The notes beneath the pieces were generated by a model. That model made no database searches and had not been told where the DNA came from. It saw only the letters and a list, made by a program, of their open reading frames with translations. Of a stretch of DNA of 64,000 bases, positions 23,867-36,789 are shown one piece after another. Origin of the DNA: Azolla caroliniana (lineage: Eukaryota; Plantae; Polypodiophyta); NCBI GenBank assembly GCA_043228905.1, contig JBHGNT010000012.1:21018001-21082000 (forward strand), in the 5' to 3' direction. Both the position numbers and the translations under genes were made by a program. Each line of letters starts with the position of its first letter. Within the stretch, counting starts at the first letter, position 1.

Positions 23867-26800
23867 ATGGCGATGGCGCTGGTGCGATGGAGCAGCAGCA
23901 GACGAGCATTGTTTTCCCTCTCAGATCTGCTTCAGCTCAGCAGCAGTAGCAGCAGACGATCGCCGTTCTCGACCTCCTCCCAGTCGCTCGCTGAAGATCC
24001 CCCCGCTGAGCCACTCGCAGAGCCCTCCGTTGCTGATGACCTCATCCCTGGACGTGCAGATGCTTCTGGCACTCTGAAGTACGCGCAGCGCATCGGCTCT
24101 GCTGCAGGCAAGTTCCTCCATCGCCGCTTCCTGCTTCCTGTGTTTCTTTTGTCTCTCGGCATTTTTCCAGCACCTCTTTTACTTTATCTTTTAGTTGCTG
24201 CCTCCTAAGGATCTATTTTGCCTTTGCATTTACCATCTTATACTGTCGTTCTTTTGGCGCTTTAGGGTAAATTTCTCTTTTTCTCGCATATTCAGATTCC
24301 TACTGTTTTATAAGTTGAATTTCTCTCTTTCTTGCATATTCAGCTTCACTTTTATGGCACTTCCTACTCTTTCTTTTGTTCCATGCATTCGGACAATGTA
24401 TGCACATCTAACAACGATGGCAGAGATTCCTCTGTTTAGCCTAAATAACCCTAAATGGATCAAATTCATTCTTTAGTTGTTTAGCTTTTGTTACTCTGTG
24501 AATTACTATTACTGGTTTCATCCTATAAATAAACACAGTTTATAGGCTTAAATTCTTGGATTTGATTGTTTTGCTGACTAAATGTATTAGTGTCTTGTTG
24601 TGGCATTTTTAATGCCCATGACATGACTTGCCTTGTCATTGATGGGTTTAGACTACCTCATGGACAATATGATAATCATATGTATTGAAATTAAATGATA
24701 GTCATTCTTCATACCCTGGTCCTATTAGACTGCTTATCCATTTTCAGCACCATAGTTTTTGTAGTTTTTGCTGGTTCACAGGGTTGACACTTTTAAGTTC
24801 CATAAACATAGGGATTGCTAAGTTGCTTTTATTAAAGAATAGGTGATAATTGGCCCTGACAGCTCTTTTGCTTGATTGTAGTACTAGTGTCTTGTTGTGG
24901 CGTTATAACTGAAACAACAAATATATATTATAGGTTTGGAGCAATGCTATAATAGTTGGTTGTGATACTCTTATGTTTTTTTATCTAAGCTATTTGTATC
25001 TACATTGTTCAGGACCTGGTCATTTTAGAATGTTAAAAGTTGGAGGTAATCTTGGGGATCTCAATGTTTCTTCTCTTGGTATTGGAACATCGGGTGGTAG
25101 TGAAAATGAAGAGGTGGACAGAGGTTATATCAACACGATAGTGGGAGGATTCAAGCATGGTATTAATTTTATTGACACGTAAGTTCTTCATTCAAGTTAT
25201 ATCATTCTTAAAATTTACTCTGGAGAATGTATCTTTTTTAGTCAAGTCGGTAGAGATTGAATAAGTTTGTGTTCCTGTAGGGCAAGTAATTATCGCAGTA
25301 TGCGAAGTGAACTTGCTGTTGGACGAGCCCTTAAGCAGGCTATAAATGAAGGAATAGTAAAGAGAAATGAAGTTATCGTCTGCTCAAAGGGAGGATTCCT
25401 TTCTTATGATTACAGGGAGAAAGTTGAACCCCGAACTCACATTGAGGATAAATATATAAAAACAGGTCTTTTTCAGTGGGATGAATTTGTTGGAGGTGTG
25501 CACTGTCTCTCGGTGCCATATATAATGAATCAGGTAAGAAGCAAGATAGATATTCCAGATACAATTTTACCTATTGATACAGTTAACTATTTGTTCATTG
25601 GCATAAATTCCACCTTCATTATCTATCCTGTAGATACTAGTTCCCTCTGGGTGTATTTTATAAGAAGGTATATCACTTAGAAAGTTGGCATAATTTACTG
25701 TCAGAGAGAGAGAGAGAGAGAGATTCATTGTCTAATGCAGCTGGAGACAAGCAGGAGGAATTTGGGGCTTAAAACTATCGATTGCTACTTCCTTCATAAC
25801 CCAGAGATGGAGCTTGATATTGTCTCTCGGCAGACTGTTCTCTCAAGAATAAAAACCTTGTTCGTGTCACTTGAAAAAGCTGTAACTGATGGTCTAATCT
25901 CTATGTATGGGTTAGCAACTTGGCATGCTTTTAAGGTGACTTCTGGGGGCAGAAACTATCTACAGCTTGAAGAGTTGGTGAACTTTGCGAAAGATGCTGC
26001 TGGTAATGCTTTTTCACTAAAACTAGGGAAGACATCCAAAATACCTCTTAAGTTTTTTTGCTATTTTCACATATGCCCTATGTTTTAGTTATCTCCCCAA
26101 ATGGCCTTGAGCAATCCATCTTGAACAATGATATGTGGTCTTTCTGAAATTATGTGGTCAATTCATCCTCGTCTTCCCTCGATTGAGGAGAGACCAGGAG
26201 CATTTGGGGAATTGAGGAAACCTGAGGGGGTAAAAACTCGTTGGACTTTTCCTCAAAATTATTATAGGGTATTTCACAGTTTTCCCCAACTTAAATACAC
26301 CTACAGTGTGTTGATCAACCATCTGATAACTCCTATTTCTTGGCATATATATACACAGGAGGAGAGGATCATCATTTCAAAGTGCTTATGGTACCTCTTA
26401 ACTTGCATTTGCAAGAAGTTGCAAGTACACCTGTACAGAACATCAGGGGCAGAAGACTTCCTCTTTTGCATGCAGCTGCCCATCTTGGTCTTAATGTAGT
26501 AACATCGGCACCATTCTTTCAGGTTAGTTTTTCGGTTGCCCATCTTGGTCCTAGTATAGTAACATCATTGTTTGACGTGGACACTCTTGCCTAATAAATT
26601 AGGTTAACCTAACACACATGGCTTGGTTTCACTCACCACCCAATGATAACTACCCAACCATTACCACGGAGGAGATTCATGATTCTAGAGAATCAAGAAT
26701 GAGATTTTAGCCCTTTATATTTCTCCAAGCTGTAAGGCTATATCTAGGGAATGGACACCTAGACTCTCTCTGGCCCACGAGCTAATGAACTTACTCTAAT

Positions 26801-27513
26801 TTTTATGTATTCCTAATTATTGAATTATGTGATCGAATTCCCAATTTATTACCCAAATGTGAATTCCCAGGCTAGTAACTTATTCCAGCTTTCATTAGTT
26901 TCGAATTTCTAATTACAGAGTCATGAGTATGGTCATGACTGCAGGCAAGGTCTTTGTGATGGATATTCAAGAAACTATATAAATCATTTCCATACTTGCA
27001 CAATGCATGCCATGAACGCTTGTCTTACCAAAGGTTTATGTCACGATGTGAAACATAAGTTCTCAAGCAAATAGACCCACTTGGAGCGTTTATTAACTAA
27101 CTTTGAACCTTTTGTTACGTGGATAGGATATGGTTATAACTTATAACTTTCGACAATGTCATGTGAAACATAAATTCCAAAACTAGTGGATGTGGCTTCT
27201 ACTAAATCGTAATTACCTAGTTATGCATATGCTCATAACAATGTATAAATTCTTTGTGATGGCTATTGAAGTTGCTAAAACAATCTTGTTTTCATTTTTT
27301 TGGGTATAGGGGACTCTTGTCAAAGGTTTATCTCAAGATGTGAAAGATAAATTCCCAGAGCTTGGAGACCTTCGTACGGATGCACAATGTGCTCTCCAAT
27401 TTGCTAGAAATACACCTGGTGTAACAACCGCCATTGTGGGTATGTCAAAAATATCACATTTGGAAGAGAATGCTGGTATCATCAAATACACCGCAGCTCA
27501 TCGTGGCCACTAA
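23867..27513 (+). CDS. Aldo-keto reductase with probable mitochondrial presequence, about 429 aa; exons 23867-24107, 25013-25178, 25281-25533, 25741-26002, 26359-26522, 27310-27513
   Basis: AKR motifs VSSLGIGT, GINFIDTASNY, EVIVCSKGG, SRRNLGLKTIDCYFLHNPE, AQCALQF...PGVTTAIVGMS...HLEEN. All splice phases are consistent (CDS 1290 nt). The first coding intron has a GC donor (CAG|GCAAGT). The N-terminus is Arg/Ser-rich. Confidence 0.9.
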
Positions 27514-28775
27514 TTCAATGAATATCCCCAATTCTTCTTTGATTTGCAATGAGGGATAATTATCAGTGCAATTTGTTGAGAAAAACCCATATTTCTTGAA
27601 GTAGGACGAAATACGTTTTGGGTATTTAGATCAGGTGTTTCCTACTGTAAATGTTTACTTGAAAGGACTCTCTAGTGGGTCTTAATGAACATGCAGCCCC
27701 TTGAGTCCCTCTAAAGGCTCTTGTAAGTATTTGTTTTTATGTTTATGGTAAACCCTAAAATGCCAAGGGATGTTAGCGACACTGACTACAGCTGGTTACA
27801 GTAATGGAGTGGAAAGTAGTGGAAAGTTTTGAATCGGTTCTTCGATGGGAGAGTTTTATTATGAATTATTAGACTTGATGTAACCCTAAACCATAAACTT
27901 TTATGGACCCTACAATTTATTGAATATTCTGAAACAAAATTGGTAATGTTTTCCGTATATTTTTTCTTTGCCCAAAAAATTATTTGTGGTGAATTCTCAT
28001 GTCTTTCAATCTCGAAAGGCAAATTGCAGATAGCTATTCATTATGTTTTGGTTCATTATCCTTTATCTGGCTTTATCTATTCATTATGTTTGCTTCATTA
28101 TTCTTAATAAGTTTTATTTGCTCATTTTTGGTCATCTATTCTGTATTTTGCTTGATTTTACAAGCTTTTACTATGCTCTGCATTCCTCCCTTCCATGTTT
28201 TAGTTTAGGGTTGTCACTTGCGGAGCACTTTAAAAAAATGGAACTTCTAGAACATCTAGAACATCTATAGAATTGAAACAATTGATATTAACGTAGTACC
28301 ATATAACGTGGATTCTTCATCTCCATTCAGACTCTGCATCAACTTGCATTGTAGTTTTATGAAGAAATAATGTTTCATAGAGGAAGGGTTCTTGTCCCTA
28401 AAGTTCTCCTAACTCTTGCAGCAATGGTAATTGAAGATGAAGATTTTTACATCTCGATGAAGGCTCTCAATTGACTAGCAATATTGCCAGAGGAAGGGCA
28501 ACAATGTCTTTTGGATTACAAAGATCCAATGGTTGAATATGTAACATTATTTGAGGAGGCCTATGTTGGCATAGTGGGTTGAGTTTCAGCTATTGACACC
28601 GCGTATGAGAGTCTAAATGGCAATGATATAAGCCTAGAAAATCAAGATCAAGATGAGGTCAATGCTACCAACACCCAACACAATCACCCTACCTTGAGTC
28701 CACACTACAAAATCATCCTAGATGCCTAACATATCCTTAGTGATGAAGAGAGAGAGAGAGAGAGAGAGAGAGATA

Positions 28776-28842
28776 TGTAGCTCACTTGGTAAGGTTCCCA
28801 ATGGAGACCAGGTGGTCATGGGTTCAACCCCTACATTCCACA
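28776..28842 (+). mobile_element. tRNA-derived SINE head or tRNA pseudogene
   Basis: Box A-like TAGCTCACTTGG (28778) and box B-like GGTTCAACCC (28821) at tRNA spacing; no complete cloverleaf. Confidence 0.55.
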
Positions 28843-31039
28843 ATGGCATCTAGTGAAATAGAGATATATATGAAGTATATAATAGAGAGGTGAGGAAATT
28901 GGGTTTCAAACTGAAGATACAATGCTTGTAGTGTTATCAACTTACCACTAGGGTAAACTAATTACAATAAAAAAGAAAGAGAGAAAGAGAAAAGAAGAGA
29001 AGAGAGACAAGAAAACTATGATTTACTAAAATGATGAGAATACAATACTCACATCGTAAACACAACCATACACCAAATAGCTAATATCATCCTAATCCAT
29101 AATATCCACTTTATTTTTGCACAAGTAAACACTTATAAACACATACATTACAACTCTCACACACAATTACAACTACACATTCTTAATACTTGCATGCATA
29201 CTTACACACATCTAATTAGACAAACACAATAATACATAAGTAACTATATTTGGACCTCTTTGAGCATGTACATTCTTAAGTCTACACACGCGTAAACTCA
29301 CACTTTTGTGTTTATTAACCCAACGTTAAGTGTTCCTACACATTAGGAAGGGAAATTGCTAGATGTACTTTCATATGCCATCACCCATTTAACTTCAAAA
29401 GAAAATAAAAGTAGAACACTATGTAATCTAGTCTTCCCTAGTTTAAGACACCAAAGTTTCCCCATGTTTTTTTCCACACTAGGTTTCTTCAACTATGTGA
29501 CCTAAGAATCGCTTGTGTAAGGTCTTCCACAACCTATTCTTCTCAATTAACTTTTAAGCTCCACTCTTCACCAAACCTTGGTTTACCATGTAGGAAGTTT
29601 TGCATCACACTGCAAATTTACACTCTTTACACTCTTTACTTTGAGTGCTTCTAAGCTCTTTAGTGTCAAATAGACACTTGTATATTTCTCTTTATTCTTT
29701 GTGGGTTTTCACCTCACTTTGAGTTTTCCCACTAATAATAAAAGTGTTACTAAAATAAATATGAAATGAAGTTTTGCCTATCTAGCTCAATATTTTGATA
29801 CCACATTGGACCAAAAACTAGAAACACAAAATCAGGAAGAGATAGGAACACAGAAAGAATAAAAAACAATGACAAACTTCTACTAGTATGCAATGCCTAA
29901 CTTCTATGCATTCCAAATATTTTTTAAAGAAGGCACAATATCGAATGTTAACTCCTAAAAATATATGTATTAAATGTTCACACATATTCAACAATCAAAA
30001 CTTTGTGTTGAACGTAAGCCCCTATTTTTGCACACGATGAGCTTGTGTCTTAACACTACACATTATGGCTACAATTGCATGGGGCCACACATACCAAAAA
30101 TAATTTCAACATTTATACATAAAAGTCACACATGCAGAAGCATCGAAACTCATAACCAAAAGGGCCTTTTAGAAACTTGTGCTATAGGACTAGTCCCCAC
30201 TATAAACATAGGCAACAATATATTATGGTCATCATCATCTATATAACATGCTGATCATGAAAATCCACCCCTTCTCAATTGTACGACAACACCTCATCCT
30301 TCCATCGATTTTATTTTATTTGACCATGATTGTCCCATCCAACACTTTATATTATCGAGGGCAATCATTCACAAGCCATGTTAAACAAAGTACAACATTA
30401 GTTCTTTGGAAGATCTCATGAGTCCTTACTATTCAGAGACAAAAGATTAGTAACGACAAAGTATGTGTCTCGACCATACCATCAAGCAAATAATGATATC
30501 AAGTTGACATGTTGAGCCACTTCATAAACATTGAGACGTAGTGTTATTCCCTATTATTTACATATCCCATAACACAATATTTAAAAATGCCCATTCCAAT
30601 CACTCTATACTCAAGAGTCAAGACCCTCTTGACTTGATGTTCAAGGCTACATAATCTTTGTTTATAAGCCATAGGTGCAACAATGTCAACATCTCTTATG
30701 CAAGTCCCTCCTCCATAACCTTCAAGAAGTCTAAACCAAATAAGATGCGATACTACGACCAAGGATGTTATCTCATCGATGACTGAATAGACAACATGTG
30801 ACAAAGAACACTCCTCATTGATTACCTTTTGGACACTTCTCCACATGTAATCACTCCAAGAATTAAGCCCTTCAAGTTGGGAGTCATTAAGATCCCATAA
30901 CTACCAATAACCTACAAAACCAAATCTTTGGCATATGATTTATAGAGTCTATTAATGGAATCATAAACAATTTGATGAGAAGACTTAACTACGATAAGAT
31001 CAATCAATAATTCAGTTTCTTTTAATTTCATTAAAAATA

Positions 31040-31403
31040 AGTGGATAATTGTAAAGTGTTATGAAATTATAAACTATAGGTGTTTAATTGTAATTTAAAA
31101 ATGTAGGGGTGCCCAATAAAATTTAAACAACCACTAGCTCTAAAATCTCTACATACAAACTTATTGATTATAATTGGAAAATGCTTCATCATACAAAGAC
31201 AAATAGGTTCATTTGGAATGTGATAGTGGATAATTGTAAAGTGTTATGAAGTTATAAACTATCAGGTGTTTAATTGTAATTTAAAAATGTAGGGGTGCCC
31301 AATAAAATTTAAACAACCACTAGCTCTAAAATCTCTACATACAAAATTATTGATTATAATTGGAAAATGCTTCATCATACAAAGGTTCATTTGGAATGTG
31401 ATG
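31040..31403. repeat. Tandem duplication, unit about 185 bp
   Basis: agtggataattgtaaagtgttatgaa...ggttcatttggaatgtgat occurs twice. Confidence 0.93.
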
Positions 31404-31974
31404 ATGACAGAGTTCTTGCATAATGCAATTATAAAATCATAGCTTTAATATGTCCAAAACCTTATGGCCTTGGTGTTGACACCATCCTCTGGCTTTTCTC
31501 AAATTGTTTGCTTTTTCTGACTTTGTTCCTTATACCATCAACTATAACAAACAAAATTAGTTGTTGAATCACATTTAATACCAATATTCAAATCCTACAT
31601 GTATAATTCATTCAAGCACCTTACCATTACTATCAATATTTTCTCCTATTCAAAAATGCAAAATTAGGGTAATTAGTATAATACGCTAATTAATTCAACA
31701 TTATTACACTAATCTACTATTTTTATTGAAATAAGAACTAGTTTTATAACAACAATGGATACTTATGGCTTCATATTAATATGCAATGTTTGGATAGATG
31801 GTACCATGATCATAATGAGTAATTAAGAATGCCACCTATCCATCTATCTATTTATATATGCATATGTATAACAAGAAATTTTATAATTGAGTTCAACATA
31901 GTTTAACACTATTGTGATGAATAGGAATTATTTGAATAAAGGATAAGCAATCAGAATACATTAGCTTAACTAAA

Positions 31975-32070
31975 TGATGTGATATTGGCACGACTCAACC
32001 TAACTACCTTGCTAGAGCGACTCCTCTAGAATGGTTGTATGGTTGAATCGTGTCAATATCTCATACATCA
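31975..32070 (-). ncRNA. MIR171: MIR171-family microRNA precursor (sequence variant)
   Basis: Long hairpin. The minus-strand 3' arm 31998-31978 reads UUGAGUCGUGCCAAUAUCACA, versus canonical miR171b/c UUGAGCCGUGCCAAUAUCACG. The 5' arm is GAGAUAUUGACACGAUUCAACC. A TATAAA lies about 200 bp upstream on the minus strand (32274-32279). Confidence 0.85.
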
Positions 32071-33127
32071 CAATAGTATGGTGTATGATTAACTGTCTCT
32101 ATGACAATTATTATTATTATTATTGTGAAGAATCCAAAACCATCATACTCTAGGTTAATAGGAAGATGATGAAGAAGAAGCAATGCAACTCTTATGTGCA
32201 TATTGATGATGAGGGGGTGTCCAATGTCAAGATACAAGGTCTAAATGCTTATGCTCGCTTGAATAAAATTGGTTTATATTTCTATAAGATCCCTTTGTTA
32301 ACTCAAGGTTCATCTTGGATGACTTCCTAGCTTCTATTGCATTATAATGTGTAGCATCCCAAGATCCAAGGATCCTATGTCTAAATTTACTTACTTGTCT
32401 TGCATAGAATACATCAATAAAGTTACTAGTGACACATTTTACGACATCTTCTAGTTTGTATATTGCATATTTTGGACTTTTTGTATCTTGAACATTTATG
32501 TTGTTTTTCTAGGTTTGGGATTTAATCATTTCTAGCTAGTGAAGTATAGTAATAACATGCAATTACAAACACATGTTATTATGTTTGGTTTTCAACTATA
32601 AGAATTTGGGAAATGAACATGTTTCTTGACTCACTATCTATCATGATTTCTTATTTTAAGACTTGCATTTGTTTTGACGACACTCTTAAGTAGAAACCAA
32701 TGTTCATATAATGCATGGTATGCTATAATCCATACACCCCCATATAGTAAATTTGAATTTGTTTATGGGGCTAAGTATAATGATGTTGGTCATCCTAATT
32801 CAATAATGAACATATTGAAAGCAATGTAATTAATCAAACTTATCAATGAAAGGAGCATGTGAGCATGTTGTTTTTATGCATTATGGATAAGAGAAGATCT
32901 ATTGGGTAAAAACAATATACATTTATTAAATGGGTTCTTTCATTGGTGTCAAGAAACATTTCGAACTAATTATAACCTTAAAACATACTAGGATTGTATA
33001 TTGACTCCTTTTATTCAACACTCTTAATACATGTACATATTCAAGTTGAATGAAAACGAGTGTCAAACTTAGAAATGAAGTTTGTGTTAAAAATAAAAAA
33101 TGAGACAATTCGAATGAGATTGCACAT

Positions 33128-33238
33128 GAATTTGGTGTGTTCTCAATCGGTAATGGAACTAACCCTTTTTATTCTTATAAAATAAGAGCACCTGGCTTTG
33201 TCTACTTACAACAACTTGACCTTGTGTTGAAAAATCAT
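33128..33238 (+). pseudogene. nad7: Mitochondrial nad7 fragment (NUMT)
   Basis: EFGVFSIGNGTNPFYSYKIRAPGFVYLQQLDLVLKNH resembles Nad7 [37 protein letters not shown]. Confidence 0.75.
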
Positions 33239-34769
33239 AATTGTCGAATTCGTTTAGTGTGGCTTGTAGATGTGTCTTTTAATGTACATCAGAATCTACT
33301 CTCTCCCATCCCCCTCTCAACTCTGAACTTAAAAATACAGCACGATTTGGATACTATTTAAGAATGCGAGAAAATGCACCACGATGGTTTCACATGTGTC
33401 AAAGTAAAATCATTTGCATAATTTAAAAAACAAATGCTTTGACATTTTCCTTCCAGTAAAGAATTTAAATAAAACAATTGTTGAGTACATCAGTTTAGAA
33501 GTTCGAAACTAATCCATTACCTTCAGGATAAACATTGACTAGAAACTTGGGTTTACTTTAATACACCCAAATTGAGTTAAAAACCATAGAACTTGGAAGG
33601 CATTCACAAAAATGACTCGAAATTAGCATAAGAATAGTACATCAGACAATTAGCGTCAAGAAGTTGATAAAAATTTAGAAATAAATCTAGCCCCCACCCT
33701 AGAAGTATGTTATATATGTAATTGTTTTATATGATGTGCTCCCTCTCTCTATATTTATACCACTTCAAAGCAACCTTAATACATTATGTTTGGTTTGTTC
33801 TTGTTGTCATACATATTATGACTTTTGCTAGAAAACATAAGAACTTCAAAAGAGACAAATGGATTGGGAATACGTGAAAGAAAGATATGTTATTAGAAGC
33901 AAAATAGGGATCACTACGACGTGGGCAACTAGCACGTTTAATAGAATAGCGTGTACGTCCATTCCCAATAGATGTCTCACTTATTTTATATCGATTCAAA
34001 GTTCTTAATTAAGAAAACCATATAGTATGGAGATATTTATATTTGTTTGTCAAGTGATCGTTATTCGTATTATTCTAACCGGATGAACTTACCCATTTGG
34101 AGGGCAAGATGAACATGATTGTGCCAACTTCCACGTTCTTTTGCAACTTAACATGTATCGAAAGTATGACACCGACAATAATAACACATATAAAGTTTTG
34201 CCATAGTTCGTATATAAAATCTAAAGCTAGATTTGTTTTTGAATCTCATGAGTCCTAGAGAAAGATGATTGAGAGATGGAATGTGTATTGTGAACTTATA
34301 TAACCCCAACACGTCAACTATCATACCATATCTATAATAATTCCACACACAACCTTGTACAAAATCCTCTTCAATGTCACCGATAGGTTCTTCAATCTTG
34401 CTTAGAAAAAAATCTTGCAAGATCCAACAATAAAGGAAATCACCAATCCACTTTGTTCCCCAAGTCAATCCTTGCATAAAGAAAGATTTATCATAAAAAA
34501 CCAAGTCATCTATTTTGTCAGTAACAACTCCAAGCACTGCGAATAAATCCCTCAAGTGCATCAACAAACTTACTTGAAGTTTTACCAAAACCATCAAATG
34601 TCAGGCCACCTAGTATTCCAAAAAGTCCTAGAAAAATTGTGACTTCGATATTATTCGCCATACATGTGGAAGAAGTAATTTGATAATCTCTAATAGTGCA
34701 AAACATACCAACATCTCAAACCATTTGGCCACCTTATCCCTATTTCAATCTCTTAACTATTCAAGATTG

Positions 34770-35090
34770 AGACCTTATGGGTCCTTTCCCACCTCCAATT
34801 TGAGCAACAAGTGCATTCTAGTGATCACTGAATGCCCACCATGTTGGTGTGAAGCTTCCCAGATCTTAACACTTGCCTTTGAATTATGACAATGTGTTAT
34901 ACTCTAACATGGATGCAGACTAGAACTATTGTTTGGTCATGGTTTTCAATTCCTACCTAAAGTCCTCTACATTCTTTTAGCATATTTTTGGATCTATCAA
35001 ACTTTATGTCCCCTACCACCCATAAAGCAATGACCTGACCAAACAATTGAACCTCCAAAAAACTCAAGCCTTATTATAACGAGCAATCCA
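34770..35090 (+). mobile_element. Highly degenerate Gypsy integrase remnant
   Basis: DLMGPFP...NKCILVITE and PYHP*SNDLT motifs. Confidence 0.55.
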
Positions 35091-36789
35091 TGATAACCTA
35101 AGCATTAGGCAACAACAATAGAAAAAGGCATATGATAGGGGGCACCACAACTTGACGTACATAAGGTGATCAAACCCTCATCTATTTCCCCATATAATGC
35201 CACAAGTAAACTTTTGGTACACCGGTTCTTTTGACAACGTCGAGACTCTACGTTGTGGTGGGTAAACTCTTGTAGCGTCCGCACCAGCACTAGGTACGAC
35301 TTGACGCCACGATGGTGGTATGGGACGCCGATCGAGGCTCGAGTCCGTCTCGATCCCTTCGCTCAGGGGTGGTCGGGTGGATCAACACCCTTCTTTCTCT
35401 CTCTCCTTTCTTATGTTTATCTATATTTTTAAATCCTTATCATATGCTTACGTTAGATCATAACTCTAATAGTTGGTATCATTCATAGTCATGAAATAGG
35501 CGAGCAAGACAACCTACCTATTGTGATGTCACTCCAATGATGCCTCCACAACAACACATTGTCGTGATGTGAGGATCACACATGAGGAAATGGGTTAATC
35601 TAAACATATATAAAAGATTGAAGGATAGAGCAAAGATATGACAAGAAGGACATGAGATAAGATGAATTTCGACCAATGAATCCCCAAAGAGGGGTTAAAG
35701 CATGGTGAATCAAGCAATCATACTATGGATAAGCATTAGAGGAATGAAAGAGACATAGAAGAGAGAGAATGGGAGAGATAGAAAAGAGGGAGAATGAGAG
35801 AAATGCAAAAGAGAGAGAAGTGAGACATGTGACCTCACATGTATGTGAATGTTCTATGTTCGCCTAGAGGGAGGCGAACATTCGTTTATTATTATTATTA
35901 TTATTTTAATACAATACAAATATAGCCCTTGCTTATGCGCAGGAATAAACATATTAAAATTACGATTGTAGACCTCTTTGGGTGCCATCAAAGTAGCGGG
36001 ATTGATTCTCACCATTTGAAATTCTTTGAATTCACACATATTTTTTCTTGGAGATCTAAATCGAGATCCAAAAAATCCATCGCAACCCTCCAAGAGAATT
36101 CTTCATTTTGGCATGGGGAGTTTTTTGAGACGGTTGTTCGGTGAATGCATTTTCTACCACTTCACCCAGAAATTTGTAACTTTGCTTCTCGAGCTTGGAA
36201 TTCTAAATCGAAAAATCCAACACGTTCCTCATTTGATCACGAAACATTTGACAGGAATTATTCATTAAATATACTAAATTGATTAGAAACACCAAATTCA
36301 TGGAAAATAAGTAAATACAACAAGAAGAGTCTCAATTCTATTACATGGGGTGGCAAAGAAAGAAGAAGAGGGGTTGAAGCATGCTACGGTGTACCAAAAA
36401 AGTATTGTTTTTGGCCAAGAAAAACATGAGTATGTTTAGTACTAAGTAATTATAAAAAAGCTTTCCAAAAAATCGAAAAAATTTATAATCTTTTTAGAGA
36501 GTGGGGTGGGGGTAGTACACATTTCATTTTATGGGGGGAGACAGTTGTTGCGTTTTCAGGAGTCAAGACTGATTTGGGGGCTATTTCCCCCTCACTTTTA
36601 ATTTAGCATGCCGCATTAATTGAATTTGGTGCTTCTCACCATTTTGGCGCATCCCCTTCCTCCTTCCAACCGAGCCCATCTTAGATTCACTGTTTGTCGT
36701 TCTCTGCATCTCAGGTATTCACAGCACGCGAATGTCCCCAAGATTTGGGATCTTGCCATTCCTTATCTACGAATCAAACCTACGTGAAA

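Noticed and set aside
28776-28842. Functional tRNA genes here and at 52308
   Set aside because: Box A and B are present but the acceptor and anticodon stems do not form.
33790-34640. Possible organellar or retroelement-derived coding remnants
   Set aside because: Cannot be assigned to a family without a database search.
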